Origin: Clostridia bacterium
GTDB taxonomy: Bacteria > Bacillota > Clostridia > Oscillospirales > CAG-272
DNA length: 64,000 nt
Direction of reading: 5' to 3'
NCBI GenBank assembly: GCA_017631325.1
Contig: JAGBTM010000045.1
Span: forward strand, 71,348 to 135,347
The notes under the pieces are model-generated. The model was given only the letters and a program-made list of their open reading frames with translations. It ran no database searches and was not told the DNA's origin. This document shows positions 36,147 through 46,056 of this stretch, piece by piece. Each line of letters begins with the position of its first letter. The stretch's first letter is position 1. The position numbers and the translations under genes are program-made.

Positions 36147-37196
36147 TTAACCTACAAGGCCGGAGCGCTCGATACCCTGAACGAGATATCTCTGGCAGAA
36201 CAGGTACATAATAACGAGAGGAAGAATAATCATAATACCTGCGGTATTATCTATAACGTTCTCGTAAAACTTCATACCCGAGTGGTTAAACTGAAGGTGA
36301 AGCGGAACATCCTCGATGAGCTTAGGCATCATCCAAGGCGCCTGAGGTCCTCCAAAGAACACGCTGGTGTAAAATTCGTCGGTCCACTGCCACGAGAATG
36401 AGAAGAGGAATATCGTAATCATCATGGGCACGGAAAGAGGAATTATAATCTGAATGAAGGTACGGAACGTACCCGAGCCGTCAACGTACGCAGACTCCTC
36501 AAGCTCGTCGGGAACGCCCTTGAAGAACTGGCGCATGAGGTAGATATAAAGTCCGTTCTTAAGCGCAAGGCCGCCAAGGGACATTATAGCAAAGGGCCAA
36601 TAGGTGTTCTTGAGTGATACGCGTGAACCGGTCAGAAGCTCTACTATACCCGAGAGGTCCTTATTTAAGGACGCAGGAACGAGAAGGTCGAAATCATTGA
36701 AGAAGGATCTCATAGACATCTCAAGCGTTCCGTGAGGTATAAGCATTACTACGATAACGAGCGCAAACACGAGATTGTTGCCCTTGAACTTGAACTTTGC
36801 AAGTCCATATCCTACAAGACAGGATACAAAGGTCTGGATAAACGCACAAAGAAGCGAAAGCAAGATAGTGTTACCAAACGCCTCAAAGTATCTGTTCTCA
36901 AGTACCATGTATTTATATATGTCAAAGGTAGGGTTCTTGGGAATAAGCGATACGGTTGCGTCAACTACGTCGTCGATAGACATGAACGAGCCTGCAATCT
37001 TAGAGAAGAACGGGAAAAGGATTACGTAGGATATACCAAGCATCAGTATGAACTTGAAGATGCTGATTATAACCTTAATCCAGGTGTTAGACGCCTTAAC
37101 CTTTTGCATAAGGCGTTCCTTGAAGGTGAGCTTACCCTCGTAATCAACACTGATTCTATTTTTGGTTTCTTTTGTAATAATCGGTTTTGAATCCAT
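36147..37196 (-). CDS. Carbohydrate ABC transporter permease (MalG-like), second pair
   Basis: EAA loop 'EESAYVDGSGTFRTFIQIIIPLSVP' and 6 TM segments. ATG 37196 is preferred (GGAGGTG 6 nt upstream); the listed GTG 37205 lies inside that SD. Confidence 0.85.
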   Translation of the reverse strand: MDSKPIITKETKNRISVDYEGKLTFKERLMQKVKASNTWIKVIISIFKFILMLGISYVILFPFFSKIAGSFMSIDDVVDATVSLIPKNPTFDIYKYMVLENRYFEAFGNTILLSLLCAFIQTFVSCLVGYGLAKFKFKGNNLVFALVIVVMLIPHGTLEMSMRSFFNDFDLLVPASLNKDLSGIVELLTGSRVSLKNTYWPFAIMSLGGLALKNGLYIYLMRQFFKGVPDELEESAYVDGSGTFRTFIQIIIPLSVPMMITIFLFSFSWQWTDEFYTSVFFGGPQAPWMMPKLIEDVPLHLQFNHSGMKFYENVIDNTAGIMIILPLVIMYLFCQRYLVQGIERSGLVG

Positions 37197-37209
37197 TGTA
37201 AGCACCTCC

Positions 37210-38199
37210 TTAATCCCTTCTCTGATAGAAGACGAAGGACGAAGCTATAAGTCCGACCACGCCTATAATAAGCGCAACGAGTAAGAAGTAAATCCAAGAC
37301 ATCGCAACGCCTACGCCTGCCGTTCCACCGTATCCTGACGCATAATTCATCGCGGGGTTGGTGGTTCTGGTAAACGCGTCGATAACCGTGTAAATGGCGT
37401 TAACCAAGATCATGGGTGATATCATCGGGAAGGTAACCTTCCAGAAGGTCTCCCAGCCGGTTGCACCCTCTATCTGACACGCCTCGTAAATTGAGGGAGA
37501 GATAGACTGGAGACCTGCAAGGAATATAAGCATCTGTACGCCCGAGTAGTTGATGATGTTGTAGATATCGTTTACGAGGTCTACAACGTACTGAACGAGC
37601 TCGGTTCCTATCTTCATGTTGGCAAACAGAGACTGTACGTCAAGCATTGATATGATTTCGTTGCCGTTCTGCTGCTGGGTGCCGTCGTTGATACCCTGGT
37701 CAGCGCTGCCTGACATCAAATCCGCTGCGTTGATAGTCTCCATAACACCCGTTGAAATAATAACGGGAACGAAGAAGATAGCACGGAAAAGCGCACGGCC
37801 AAGCATCTTCTGGTTAAGAACTACCGCTATGAACAGGGAGAAAATGATAATCGCAGGAACCTGGAAAAGTATCTCCTGTATGGAAGCGAGAAGCACCTGG
37901 TAGAAGCCCTTATCGTTAAAGGCTGCTACGTAATGCTCAAAGCCTACGCCGTAGGTTACGCTGATGGGCTCCTTGATACCGCTTGGGCCTGTAACGTACT
38001 CGGTTGCAAAGTTACTGAAGCTGTACCAGATAGCATCAAAAAGTATAGGAAGATAAATAAGAACTATACCGAGTAAGAAGGGGAGGACGAAAACGTATCC
38101 CGCCCTTGCCTTTCTCGCGTCGAGTGACGCTTTACCCTTAAAGAGAGACTTAAAGGTGGAAAGCGAAAGCTTTTTTGCACTTTTTACATTATTACTCAT
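37210..38199 (-). CDS. Sugar ABC transporter permease (MalF-like), second pair
   Basis: EAA loop 'YEACQIEGATGWETFWKVTFPMISP'. ATG 38199 is preferred (AGGAGG 7 nt upstream). There is a long extracytoplasmic loop, 'ADLMSGSADQGINDGTQQQNGNE...'. Confidence 0.85.
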   Translation of the reverse strand: MSNNVKSAKKLSLSTFKSLFKGKASLDARKARAGYVFVLPFLLGIVLIYLPILFDAIWYSFSNFATEYVTGPSGIKEPISVTYGVGFEHYVAAFNDKGFYQVLLASIQEILFQVPAIIIFSLFIAVVLNQKMLGRALFRAIFFVPVIISTGVMETINAADLMSGSADQGINDGTQQQNGNEIISMLDVQSLFANMKIGTELVQYVVDLVNDIYNIINYSGVQMLIFLAGLQSISPSIYEACQIEGATGWETFWKVTFPMISPMILVNAIYTVIDAFTRTTNPAMNYASGYGGTAGVGVAMSWIYFLLVALIIGVVGLIASSFVFYQRRD

Positions 38200-38212
38200 A
38201 ATCTTTCCTCCT

Positions 38213-41200
38213 TTAGTTCTCAATCTTTATGAAGCCGCACTTGGAAATTCTGCGAACCTCGGTGCCCGACGTAATCGAGCCGTCAATAGAGCTGTCGAGT
38301 CTGACGTCAACAGCGAAGCCGTTGTAGTTAAGAATGAACTTGACGGTTTTGCCGCTCGATGCTTCCTTGTAGGTAACGATAACTACGTTGCCGTTATCAC
38401 AGGTGAAGTCGGTTGCCGCATAATCCTCAGCGTTCGCAACGGAGTCGGTTACGTAGTTGTACTTAGAGGTATATACTACGTCGGAGGCAAGAAGATTCAC
38501 AGTATCGGTAGCAGAAGCCTCGGGATACTGCTGGTCATACTTTGCAACAACCCCGCTTATAAGAGTTGTGAAGCCGTAGCTGTTGAGCTCAGCCAAATCA
38601 GCAAAGTTGAAGCGTGCTATTGCATCGGCTGCAAGTGCGTCCTTGTCGACCGAAACGTGAATCGCCTTACCAAGGTTAGCATCGAAATCCTGTGCCCACT
38701 CGTCAAGCTTTGCGTTGATAATTTTTGCAATAGAGCTGTCAACCGCCTCTACGTACTCACGAACAAGATCGGTGTTATTCTTGATAGCATCGGTCGAGTT
38801 AATGATACGCTCTGCGATAAGAGCCTTATGGTCTACTATGTCGTAATTCTGAAGATTTCCGATAGCACCGTTAAGCTTCTTGTAGTGCTCTACTATCTCG
38901 TCAAACCAGTTCTCGTAGTCAACACCGTAGTACTTGGAGAGCTGTTCGTCCTCCTTAAGATAGTTGGTGTTCTGCATACAGAGAATGTAGTAAAGAGATG
39001 CGCCGTTCTCGATAGAACGAAGAATGTTATAATCCACCGAGCCGGTGTAGTTAAGAGGTGTGCCTGCATAATTTACGTAACCGTGAAGAACCATTCCAAG
39101 AAAAGGTACCGTGTAAGAGGTACAAATCAGGTGGCTTGAGTCGATGGTTGCGTTGACTATGTGGTCTACGTACTTAACAGAGTAAATGTTTCCGATATCG
39201 GTCATAAGCGAGTAACCGCTGGTGTTAGCCATCTTATCGAGCACAGCAGCGACGTCGCGAAGAGACTCTTCTCTGTCAATAATGTTGTCATTGTGCTTAT
39301 CGTTGTCCATGTTGGAGTTAAGCACAGAGCCGAGAGTAGCTACCGAAAGGTTCTTGTTACCGAATTTAGAATAGTCCTTGTTGAACTTCTCGTAGAGCTC
39401 GGCGAGAACGTCGGAGCGAACGAGAACCGCAAAGAGCGAATCGTACTTACCGGTAATAGAGTTGTAAATCTGCTTTGAAGCGTAACGGTTATCAAGCATC
39501 TTAGATGCGTGAGAATTGTTGTCTACGCCGTCAAATATTGCAGTATTGTTGATAAACTGGAAGTCAAAGTCGGGGAAAATACCGAAGTTGGTATTGGGGT
39601 CCTGGTCGCCTGCCTTGTCGTTTGAGGACGAAACGAGCGACTTATATCCACTATCACCACCGAGCGAGTTCTCCCACCATACTCTTGCGGGGTATGTGTA
39701 GTACATACCACCGTTTGCAAAGCCGGTGAGCTTGAAGTTGACGTTCTTTACGCCTGCCTCGGACAGCTCGTTATACATAGTCTGTACGTCAGCAAAGGTC
39801 GTAAGAGGTGTGGAAACGGATACGGGGAAGGTCAAAATCTTCTGGATAACGTCCATAGAGCCGAGAGTCTCGATATAAAGGGGAAGCTCGGTTGCATCGG
39901 TCGTTACCTTGGAAATAAGACCCGCATTGATAAGGTACTCCTTGTAGCACGCTGCCATTCCTATGTAGGTGGTAGGATAGTACTCACTTATCGTGTGATC
40001 CTCTGCAAGCGTGGGATCGGTAAGCATAAAGTACTTTGTCTCAAAGGAGCCTTCGAAGGCACGGTTAGATACCATGTAATGCGTCTTACCTGCAAGAGAG
40101 CTGTGAGCTGCCGACAGGTCGTACTTTTCGTAAGCTCTAGGAGCGAAGGAAGCGTAGGAGCAGATGTAGGTGTGAGTACCGAACTCAGACTCTGCGATTA
40201 TGGTTGCAATCGACGAGCCCTCCTCAATAATGGCGAAGAAGCCGCTTACAAAGGAATCTCTGTCGGTGACGTATATATCCTCATAAAGAGGATCGCCGTA
40301 CTCCTGTGCAAGCTCACCGTTGGTGTACTCGTTCGAGTTAACGGTGTTAACCATACCGTAGACAGGCATAGTTACCTGCTCTCTGTGCTTTGCAATAATG
40401 TTGGCGTAGCAGTAGTCGGGGCCGTAAACGGTAGAGGATACGTTGATATTACCTCTGTCGTTGTTGGACTCGGAGATACGGAAGTCTGCAAACTCTATTA
40501 CAGTTCCGCTTCCGTCAGGATAAAATGCGTAACCGTCGTTAACGGTATCGCCGTAGCCAAAATACTGAAGGGGGGAGATAGACTTTACGATAAAGTCTGC
40601 GCTGTTGTAGATTATGCTCTCGGAGGGAACCTCAACTGAGAGTGTGCCGTCCTCGTTAAGAGTATAAACTACGCTGCACTTGAAATCGGGAATGGTAGAG
40701 AGCGCAGTCACGTAGCCTGCACGGGCTTCGAGCTCTCTTGCCTTCTCCTCAGTAAGCTCGGGAAGGTACTTGTTGATAACGTTACCGATAAGTCTGTGCT
40801 TAGTAACAAGCTCGGTCTGCTCGGTCGTCTTATCAATACCGAAGGCGTTAAGGCCCGTGGTCTGCATAGCAGGAATAGACTCGTACCAACGGTTGAGGTA
40901 GGTATCGTAGTTAGTCTTGTTCTCTGCCCTCTCCGTTTCGCTAATGTCGGTATCGTTGTAGGGGAAGGACTCGTAAAGAACCTGAACGTTGTAGTCGTTG
41001 TAGTTTGCGAATATCTCGTTGATAGCCGAAACGTACTCGGAAATCTCGGTTCTCTTAGCCTTGTTTTTGCTACCTGTAAGAATCTTAGATGCGTAGCTTT
41101 CGTAAGCTGACGTTACGAGCTTTATCTGCGTGCTTCTGAAGCCACCGTAGTTCGTAAGAGCTTCTTTATCGGTGAGATAAGCGTTGTAGCTACCAAGCTT

Positions 41201-41884
41201 TCCGTATCCGGATACGGAAACGTTGACGCTTGAATCAAACTCACCAAGATGCTTGGTAAGAAGGTCGGAAAGGCCCTTGAAAAGAGGTGCTACGAGGTAG
41301 GTCTCAAAGTCGTCAGCAAGCATAGCGCCGGGAGTCTTCTTGATAAACTCAGGCTCACCGAGCTTATAATCAACGGTAAAGGTATTCTCATCATAGTGAA
41401 TAGTGATAAGCGAGCCGTCGGTTATACGCTTGTAGCTGCACTCCTGAACGTCCGCCTCGGGATTAGAGCGAAGCGAATACACGAGAGAAACCTGGCTGAG
41501 AACCTCAGCGGGAATGTTCGAGTCGCTATCACCGGGGTTTGCGGGGTTGGAGGCAAGAATCTGGTTGGTTATATTATTCTTGTAGTAAAGAACGCCTGTG
41601 TACCTGTTGATATAGAGGCTATAATCACCGTAGGTGAAATAGTCGAGATAATCTTCTTCATAGTCGGAGCTGAACATCTCGTATACGTTAGCGTACTTTG
41701 CGGTCTTGTATTTGTTTGCTATCTCTTTCTTTTGCTCAAGTGTTTTGTTGTCGTTTTCCTTGACGTAAAAATCCGTAACAGAAGGTGTTTCTGATGCCAT
41801 AGCTGTCAGCGGAAATGCCGCTATAATCGTAGAAAGAAGAAGCACTGCGACAAGTACGGCTGATAATATTCTATTTCTTTTCAT
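38213..41884 (-). CDS. 1223-aa secreted protein of unknown function (possibly the family annotated DUF5696; glycosidase-like barrel is only a guess)
   Basis: Signal peptide 'MKRNRILSAVLVAVLLLSTIIAAFPLTAMA' and an AGGAGG RBS. There is no further TM segment and no LPXTG, SLH or catalytic motif I can assign. Conserved-looking blocks are 'YAFYPDGSG', 'LPLYIETLGSMD', 'KLTGFANGGMYY', 'FGIFPDFDFQF' and 'VPFLGMVLHGYVNYAG'. Confidence 0.8.
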   Translation of the reverse strand: MKRNRILSAVLVAVLLLSTIIAAFPLTAMASETPSVTDFYVKENDNKTLEQKKEIANKYKTAKYANVYEMFSSDYEEDYLDYFTYGDYSLYINRYTGVLYYKNNITNQILASNPANPGDSDSNIPAEVLSQVSLVYSLRSNPEADVQECSYKRITDGSLITIHYDENTFTVDYKLGEPEFIKKTPGAMLADDFETYLVAPLFKGLSDLLTKHLGEFDSSVNVSVSGYGKLGSYNAYLTDKEALTNYGGFRSTQIKLVTSAYESYASKILTGSKNKAKRTEISEYVSAINEIFANYNDYNVQVLYESFPYNDTDISETERAENKTNYDTYLNRWYESIPAMQTTGLNAFGIDKTTEQTELVTKHRLIGNVINKYLPELTEEKARELEARAGYVTALSTIPDFKCSVVYTLNEDGTLSVEVPSESIIYNSADFIVKSISPLQYFGYGDTVNDGYAFYPDGSGTVIEFADFRISESNNDRGNINVSSTVYGPDYCYANIIAKHREQVTMPVYGMVNTVNSNEYTNGELAQEYGDPLYEDIYVTDRDSFVSGFFAIIEEGSSIATIIAESEFGTHTYICSYASFAPRAYEKYDLSAAHSSLAGKTHYMVSNRAFEGSFETKYFMLTDPTLAEDHTISEYYPTTYIGMAACYKEYLINAGLISKVTTDATELPLYIETLGSMDVIQKILTFPVSVSTPLTTFADVQTMYNELSEAGVKNVNFKLTGFANGGMYYTYPARVWWENSLGGDSGYKSLVSSSNDKAGDQDPNTNFGIFPDFDFQFINNTAIFDGVDNNSHASKMLDNRYASKQIYNSITGKYDSLFAVLVRSDVLAELYEKFNKDYSKFGNKNLSVATLGSVLNSNMDNDKHNDNIIDREESLRDVAAVLDKMANTSGYSLMTDIGNIYSVKYVDHIVNATIDSSHLICTSYTVPFLGMVLHGYVNYAGTPLNYTGSVDYNILRSIENGASLYYILCMQNTNYLKEDEQLSKYYGVDYENWFDEIVEHYKKLNGAIGNLQNYDIVDHKALIAERIINSTDAIKNNTDLVREYVEAVDSSIAKIINAKLDEWAQDFDANLGKAIHVSVDKDALAADAIARFNFADLAELNSYGFTTLISGVVAKYDQQYPEASATDTVNLLASDVVYTSKYNYVTDSVANAEDYAATDFTCDNGNVVIVTYKEASSGKTVKFILNYNGFAVDVRLDSSIDGSITSGTEVRRISKCGFIKIEN

Positions 41885-41899
41885 ACTTTACCTCCTTTA

Positions 41900-44161
41900 C
41901 TATACTAGCGTCGCTATTTCGGTAACAATTGAGATTACGAAGGTTACCATCTTAACGACAAGGCTTGAGAACAGTATTGCTATGAACATGATAACTGCCA
42001 TCGCAACGATAGTTCCAAGGGTTGTGATAATGTTCTTGCCGATAGAATAGTCGTGTGTAACAACCATACCGAAGAACAGAAGAAGCAGCGCCCAAACCCA
42101 ACCGACTGTTGCCAGAAGGTTTACAAGGCCCGATTCGTTTATCGTAAATACGTTGGTGAGAACAGTGGAAATTGTGATAAATACGGGAAGCGGAGCGAGC
42201 GAATAGCAGGTCGCAATGTAAATATCCTTGAAGCTTCCCTCACCGTCGAAGAGTGTAGTCAGACACCAGTTTGCTACTACCCACAAAAGCACGGGAACAA
42301 GGATTCCAAGCACCTGCATAAATACCGTGGTGTAGTCGCCTCTTGGGTTGAATACGTAGCCCTGACCTATGCTCTGGTAGAAGAATGCGATAACGCTGAT
42401 ACCGAGAATGGTGGTAGCTGCTCTGACAGAGCCGCGTTTCTCATGCTTAAGATCCCAGAAGCCGTCGAACGGGTGGAATATAAGGTGTAATACGTAGAGC
42501 AACTCCTCGCCGTAGCTCTTTCTACCTACCTTGAGTGCGGTTGCCTTATTCCTCTTCTTAGCCCAGCCAAGGAACTTGAAGAAAAAGCCGATAGCTACAA
42601 TAAGGACAATAATCAGAGGCAGAAGCCATACTGAGAGAATATCCTTACGCTTTGCAGCAAATGCGATAGAGTAATAATCGGTCTCATACGCGCTCTGAAG
42701 CATCTTCATAGCCTCGTCGTATTTACCCTGGTTGAACAGCGCCTTACCTATACCGATATAAGCAAGGTCAAAGTTGTTGTTTCTGGTAAGTACTGCCTGC
42801 CAGCTGTCGATAGCCTCAGCGTACTTGTAGTTGTTCTCGTAATGGAGAGCCTCCATTATCATATCGCAGTATACGGTAGGCTCGTAGATAACGAGCTTAA
42901 CGCCGCCGTTAGAGGTACGGTCAAGAACTGCGAGGTTGTAGATTTCCTTATCTGCTTCCTCGTCGTATACTACCTGATAGGTCATAGCAGTATAATCGGA
43001 GGCATTACCTACCTGGTTTCCCTTGTCGCCAAAGGCGAAAAGAAGGTTTCCGCTTGAGTCGTAGGTAAAAATTCTGGATCTTGCGGAGATATCGAGGGTA
43101 GTGTTACCTTCGATCTGGTCAAGAAGAGACCAGGTTCCCTCTGCACCGAGAGCAACGTCGCGTATCATTGATACCTCTATGGGATTAGTTGCTCCTACCT
43201 CTCCGCCCGGATCAAAGAAGCCGGTACGGTTAAGTATCTCCTTACCTACCGAGTTAAGCTTCTTGATAGGAGAATAGGTTGAATCCTTAGACTGAAGTGC
43301 TGCAAGCTGGTTCGTTTTATCGCCCTCACTCGTGAAGGAAATAGTCGCGTAAACGAAGCCAAGGTCGTCAACGGTAAGGTTGTTGAAGGGGTTGGGAAGC
43401 TTGTAGTCACTCTTGTCGTCTGTGCCGGTTAAGTTCTCCCAGATAGCAGTTAAGGGGTCGGCGGTAATCTTCTGCGCGCCGATGTAACCTGTAAATTCAC
43501 CCTCACCTGACATAACGATGATTCCGCGGTAGCACTGTCTTGAAGCGACGAAAATTCTACCGTAGATGTCAACCGCAATAGCAGTAGGCATGAAATACTT
43601 CTTTGTAAGAAGGGGGCTGCTGTCGTCGGCTGCATCAGTTCCCTCGGGGTCGTCAGCAACCGTGATGGTTCTGGAATAAACGAACTCACCGCTCGTCGTA
43701 TCTCTGTCGAACACTACTATTCTCTTGTTAGCAGTGTCGCAGACGAACAGACTCTCGGAGCCGTCAATCATTTTGTTAGGGTTAGTAACGTAGATACCCT
43801 CGGGAGAGTTAAAGGTCTGCTCCCTGCCGTACTCGTCAACGTACTTCTCAATAACGCTCTTTACCTTATAGTTATATCTGTTGAGGACGATTATACGGCT
43901 GTTGGTCACGTCAGTTATGTAGAAGTTGCCCTCGCTGTCGGTAACAATGTCGGTCGCGTTGTTGAGGGGCTTGTCAAGACCCATATACACGTAGTCGTAG
44001 GTTGCTACGTCGGGAGTGTAAGCCGCAGGTGACATAAGCGGCTTGCCGTCGATGGAGTAGGTGTAAGTGTCGTAGGACTCGTATGCGGAGGAGAATACGG
44101 TGCCAAACAGCATGATTGCCGTTATGGCAAGAATAAGTATTTTCGTAAGTTTACTTTTCAT
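41900..44161 (-). CDS. Signal peptide + NHL-type beta-propeller + TPR + Yip1-domain polytopic membrane protein (753 aa)
   Basis: NHL-like blades 'ITDVTNSRIIVLNRYNYKV' and 'VCDTANKRIVVFDRD'. TPR 'YKYAEAIDSWQAVLTRNNNFDLAYIGIGKALFNQGKYDEAMKML'. One TM segment is followed by 'HPFDGFWDLKHEKRGS' plus 5 TM segments, typical of Yip1 domains. Confidence 0.8.
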   Translation of the reverse strand: MKSKLTKILILAITAIMLFGTVFSSAYESYDTYTYSIDGKPLMSPAAYTPDVATYDYVYMGLDKPLNNATDIVTDSEGNFYITDVTNSRIIVLNRYNYKVKSVIEKYVDEYGREQTFNSPEGIYVTNPNKMIDGSESLFVCDTANKRIVVFDRDTTSGEFVYSRTITVADDPEGTDAADDSSPLLTKKYFMPTAIAVDIYGRIFVASRQCYRGIIVMSGEGEFTGYIGAQKITADPLTAIWENLTGTDDKSDYKLPNPFNNLTVDDLGFVYATISFTSEGDKTNQLAALQSKDSTYSPIKKLNSVGKEILNRTGFFDPGGEVGATNPIEVSMIRDVALGAEGTWSLLDQIEGNTTLDISARSRIFTYDSSGNLLFAFGDKGNQVGNASDYTAMTYQVVYDEEADKEIYNLAVLDRTSNGGVKLVIYEPTVYCDMIMEALHYENNYKYAEAIDSWQAVLTRNNNFDLAYIGIGKALFNQGKYDEAMKMLQSAYETDYYSIAFAAKRKDILSVWLLPLIIVLIVAIGFFFKFLGWAKKRNKATALKVGRKSYGEELLYVLHLIFHPFDGFWDLKHEKRGSVRAATTILGISVIAFFYQSIGQGYVFNPRGDYTTVFMQVLGILVPVLLWVVANWCLTTLFDGEGSFKDIYIATCYSLAPLPVFITISTVLTNVFTINESGLVNLLATVGWVWALLLLFFGMVVTHDYSIGKNIITTLGTIVAMAVIMFIAILFSSLVVKMVTFVISIVTEIATLV

Positions 44162-44174
44162 GCTTTCCTCCTTT

Positions 44175-45071
44175 TTAGTCCTTCATACCAGAGGAGCCCA
44201 TCGTTTCGATAATCTTACTCTGGTTAATAACGAATATTGCGATAGGAACCGTCATCATAATAACGATCGATGCAGCTCCTGCGCCCGAACGGGCGATACC
44301 GCCTGAAAGAATCTGGTTGATTGCGTAGTTGAAGGTTTTGAGCTCCTCGGAGTGAATGTAAACCGAAGCGCCTGCGTTCCAAAGACCCTTGAAGCACTCT
44401 ATCATAAGAGTAAGCCATGCAGGCTTAACCATAGGCATCGCTATAACGAGGAAGGTTCGTACCTCACTTGCGCCGTCAAGACGCGCAGACTCAAGAACCG
44501 TATCGGGAACCGAGGATTCCATGAACTGCTTCATAAGGTAAAGACCCATCGTCGTAGCCATAGAGGGAACGATAATAGAGAGATAAGTATCTACCCAACC
44601 GAACGCGGAAAGAATGATAAAGTGCGTTACCGTGTTAACCGTTGAGTGGAACATAAGAGAGGTTACTATAACCTGGAAGATTATGTTTCTGCCGGGGAAA
44701 CGAAGCTTCGAGAGCGAATATGCCGCCATAGAAGCAATTACAAGGTTACCGAGTGTACCGCAGATAGTGATAAACACGGTATTGAATATGTACCTTGAGA
44801 AAGGAACCCACGAGTCACTCATAAGAGTGAAAAGCTCTGTAAAGTTATCAAAGGTAGGGCTGACAACGTAGAATCTCGGGGGGAACATAAACAGCTCGTC
44901 AAGAGGCTTGAGTGACTGTATAACGACGTAGTACATCGGGAAGAACATTATTACTCCGAGTATCGAAAGAACGATGGTAATACCCGTGTCACCGCCCGCC
45001 GAACGGTTAAGGACGACTCTGTGTCCTCTGGTTCTTAGCTTCTTATACTTTTCTTTTGCCATATTACTCAC
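44175..45071 (-). CDS. Carbohydrate ABC transporter permease (MalG-like), first pair
   Basis: EAA loop 'LESARLDGASEVRTFLVIAMPMVKP'. The start could alternatively be ATG 45062. It overlaps the upstream permease stop. Confidence 0.85.
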   Translation of the reverse strand: MSNMAKEKYKKLRTRGHRVVLNRSAGGDTGITIVLSILGVIMFFPMYYVVIQSLKPLDELFMFPPRFYVVSPTFDNFTELFTLMSDSWVPFSRYIFNTVFITICGTLGNLVIASMAAYSLSKLRFPGRNIIFQVIVTSLMFHSTVNTVTHFIILSAFGWVDTYLSIIVPSMATTMGLYLMKQFMESSVPDTVLESARLDGASEVRTFLVIAMPMVKPAWLTLMIECFKGLWNAGASVYIHSEELKTFNYAINQILSGGIARSGAGAASIVIMMTVPIAIFVINQSKIIETMGSSGMKD

Positions 45072-46026
45072 CTACCTTCGAGAGCGCGTTCTTAACGAGT
45101 ATGTTCGAGCCATACATGATTACGAACAGCACCACGGCTATTGCCGAAGCATAGCCAAGCTCATATCTTTGTCCGCCGTAGTCCGACAAATGGTGCATAA
45201 TGGTATGCGCCGCATAGTCAACCGAGGGATAACCGCAGAGTGCGTCAACGACAGCACCGAAGCCGAAGGAGCTGGTGATCGAAAGAACCGCACCGAACAT
45301 CATCTGCGGACGCATAGTGGGAAGCGTGATAAACCAAAGCTCCTGCCAACGGTTCTTGATACCGTCGACGGCAGCCGCCTCGTACATCGAGCGGTCTATG
45401 GTCTGGAAGCCCGCGATGAACGAGAGGAACGCAGTACCGAGAGAGGTCCAGAGCGCAACTACGATACACAGAGGCATAACGTATGCTGCGTCCTCGAACC
45501 AAAGTATCGGGTCGGTTATAAAGCCTAGCTTCATAAGCGTTGCGTTTGCCCAACCGTAGGAGTCGGACGAGAAAAGAGTTTTCCAAATCAGGTAAACCTG
45601 ACCTGAAATCGAGGGTGCGTAGAATACGAGGGTAACTACCGCACGCACCTTGGGGGGAAGCTCGTTTACGAACCATGCAACAAGAAGCGACATGATATAC
45701 GAAACAGGACCCGTTACGGCCGCGAATATAAGAGTGTTCTGAATGGCGAGCATGAATATCTCGTCCTCAAGGAACAGTCTTGTATAGTTATCTATTCCCT
45801 TGAAATTCGGGGGAAACTGAAGCATGTTGAAGTCTGTAAGACTAAGTATTATTGAAAGAAATACGGGCAGGACTGTGAATACTATGAAGAGAATACAGAA
45901 AGGCGCTACCATAAAGTAGGCTGTCTTGTTTCTCTTGATTTCTTTCCAGGTCCATTGCCACTTCGACATTTCGTCCCTCTTTACAGGGCGCGCAGTGTCG
46001 ACGGTTTTAACATTTTCCTGTGACAT
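45064..46026 (-). CDS. Sugar ABC transporter permease (MalF-like), first pair
   Basis: EAA loop 'YEAAAVDGIKNRWQELWFITLPTMRP', 6 TM segments and an AAGGAG RBS. Confidence 0.85.
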   Translation of the reverse strand: MSQENVKTVDTARPVKRDEMSKWQWTWKEIKRNKTAYFMVAPFCILFIVFTVLPVFLSIILSLTDFNMLQFPPNFKGIDNYTRLFLEDEIFMLAIQNTLIFAAVTGPVSYIMSLLVAWFVNELPPKVRAVVTLVFYAPSISGQVYLIWKTLFSSDSYGWANATLMKLGFITDPILWFEDAAYVMPLCIVVALWTSLGTAFLSFIAGFQTIDRSMYEAAAVDGIKNRWQELWFITLPTMRPQMMFGAVLSITSSFGFGAVVDALCGYPSVDYAAHTIMHHLSDYGGQRYELGYASAIAVVLFVIMYGSNILVKNALSKVGE

Positions 46027-46056
46027 CTTTTTCTCCTTTACTGTTAGTCTTACTCA

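Noticed and set aside
38156-39139. 327-aa plus-strand ORF, with further 100-214-aa ORFs at 39161-41794
   Set aside because: These are codon-aligned antisense frames of the 1223-aa gene. The explanation is the same codon-bias artefact.
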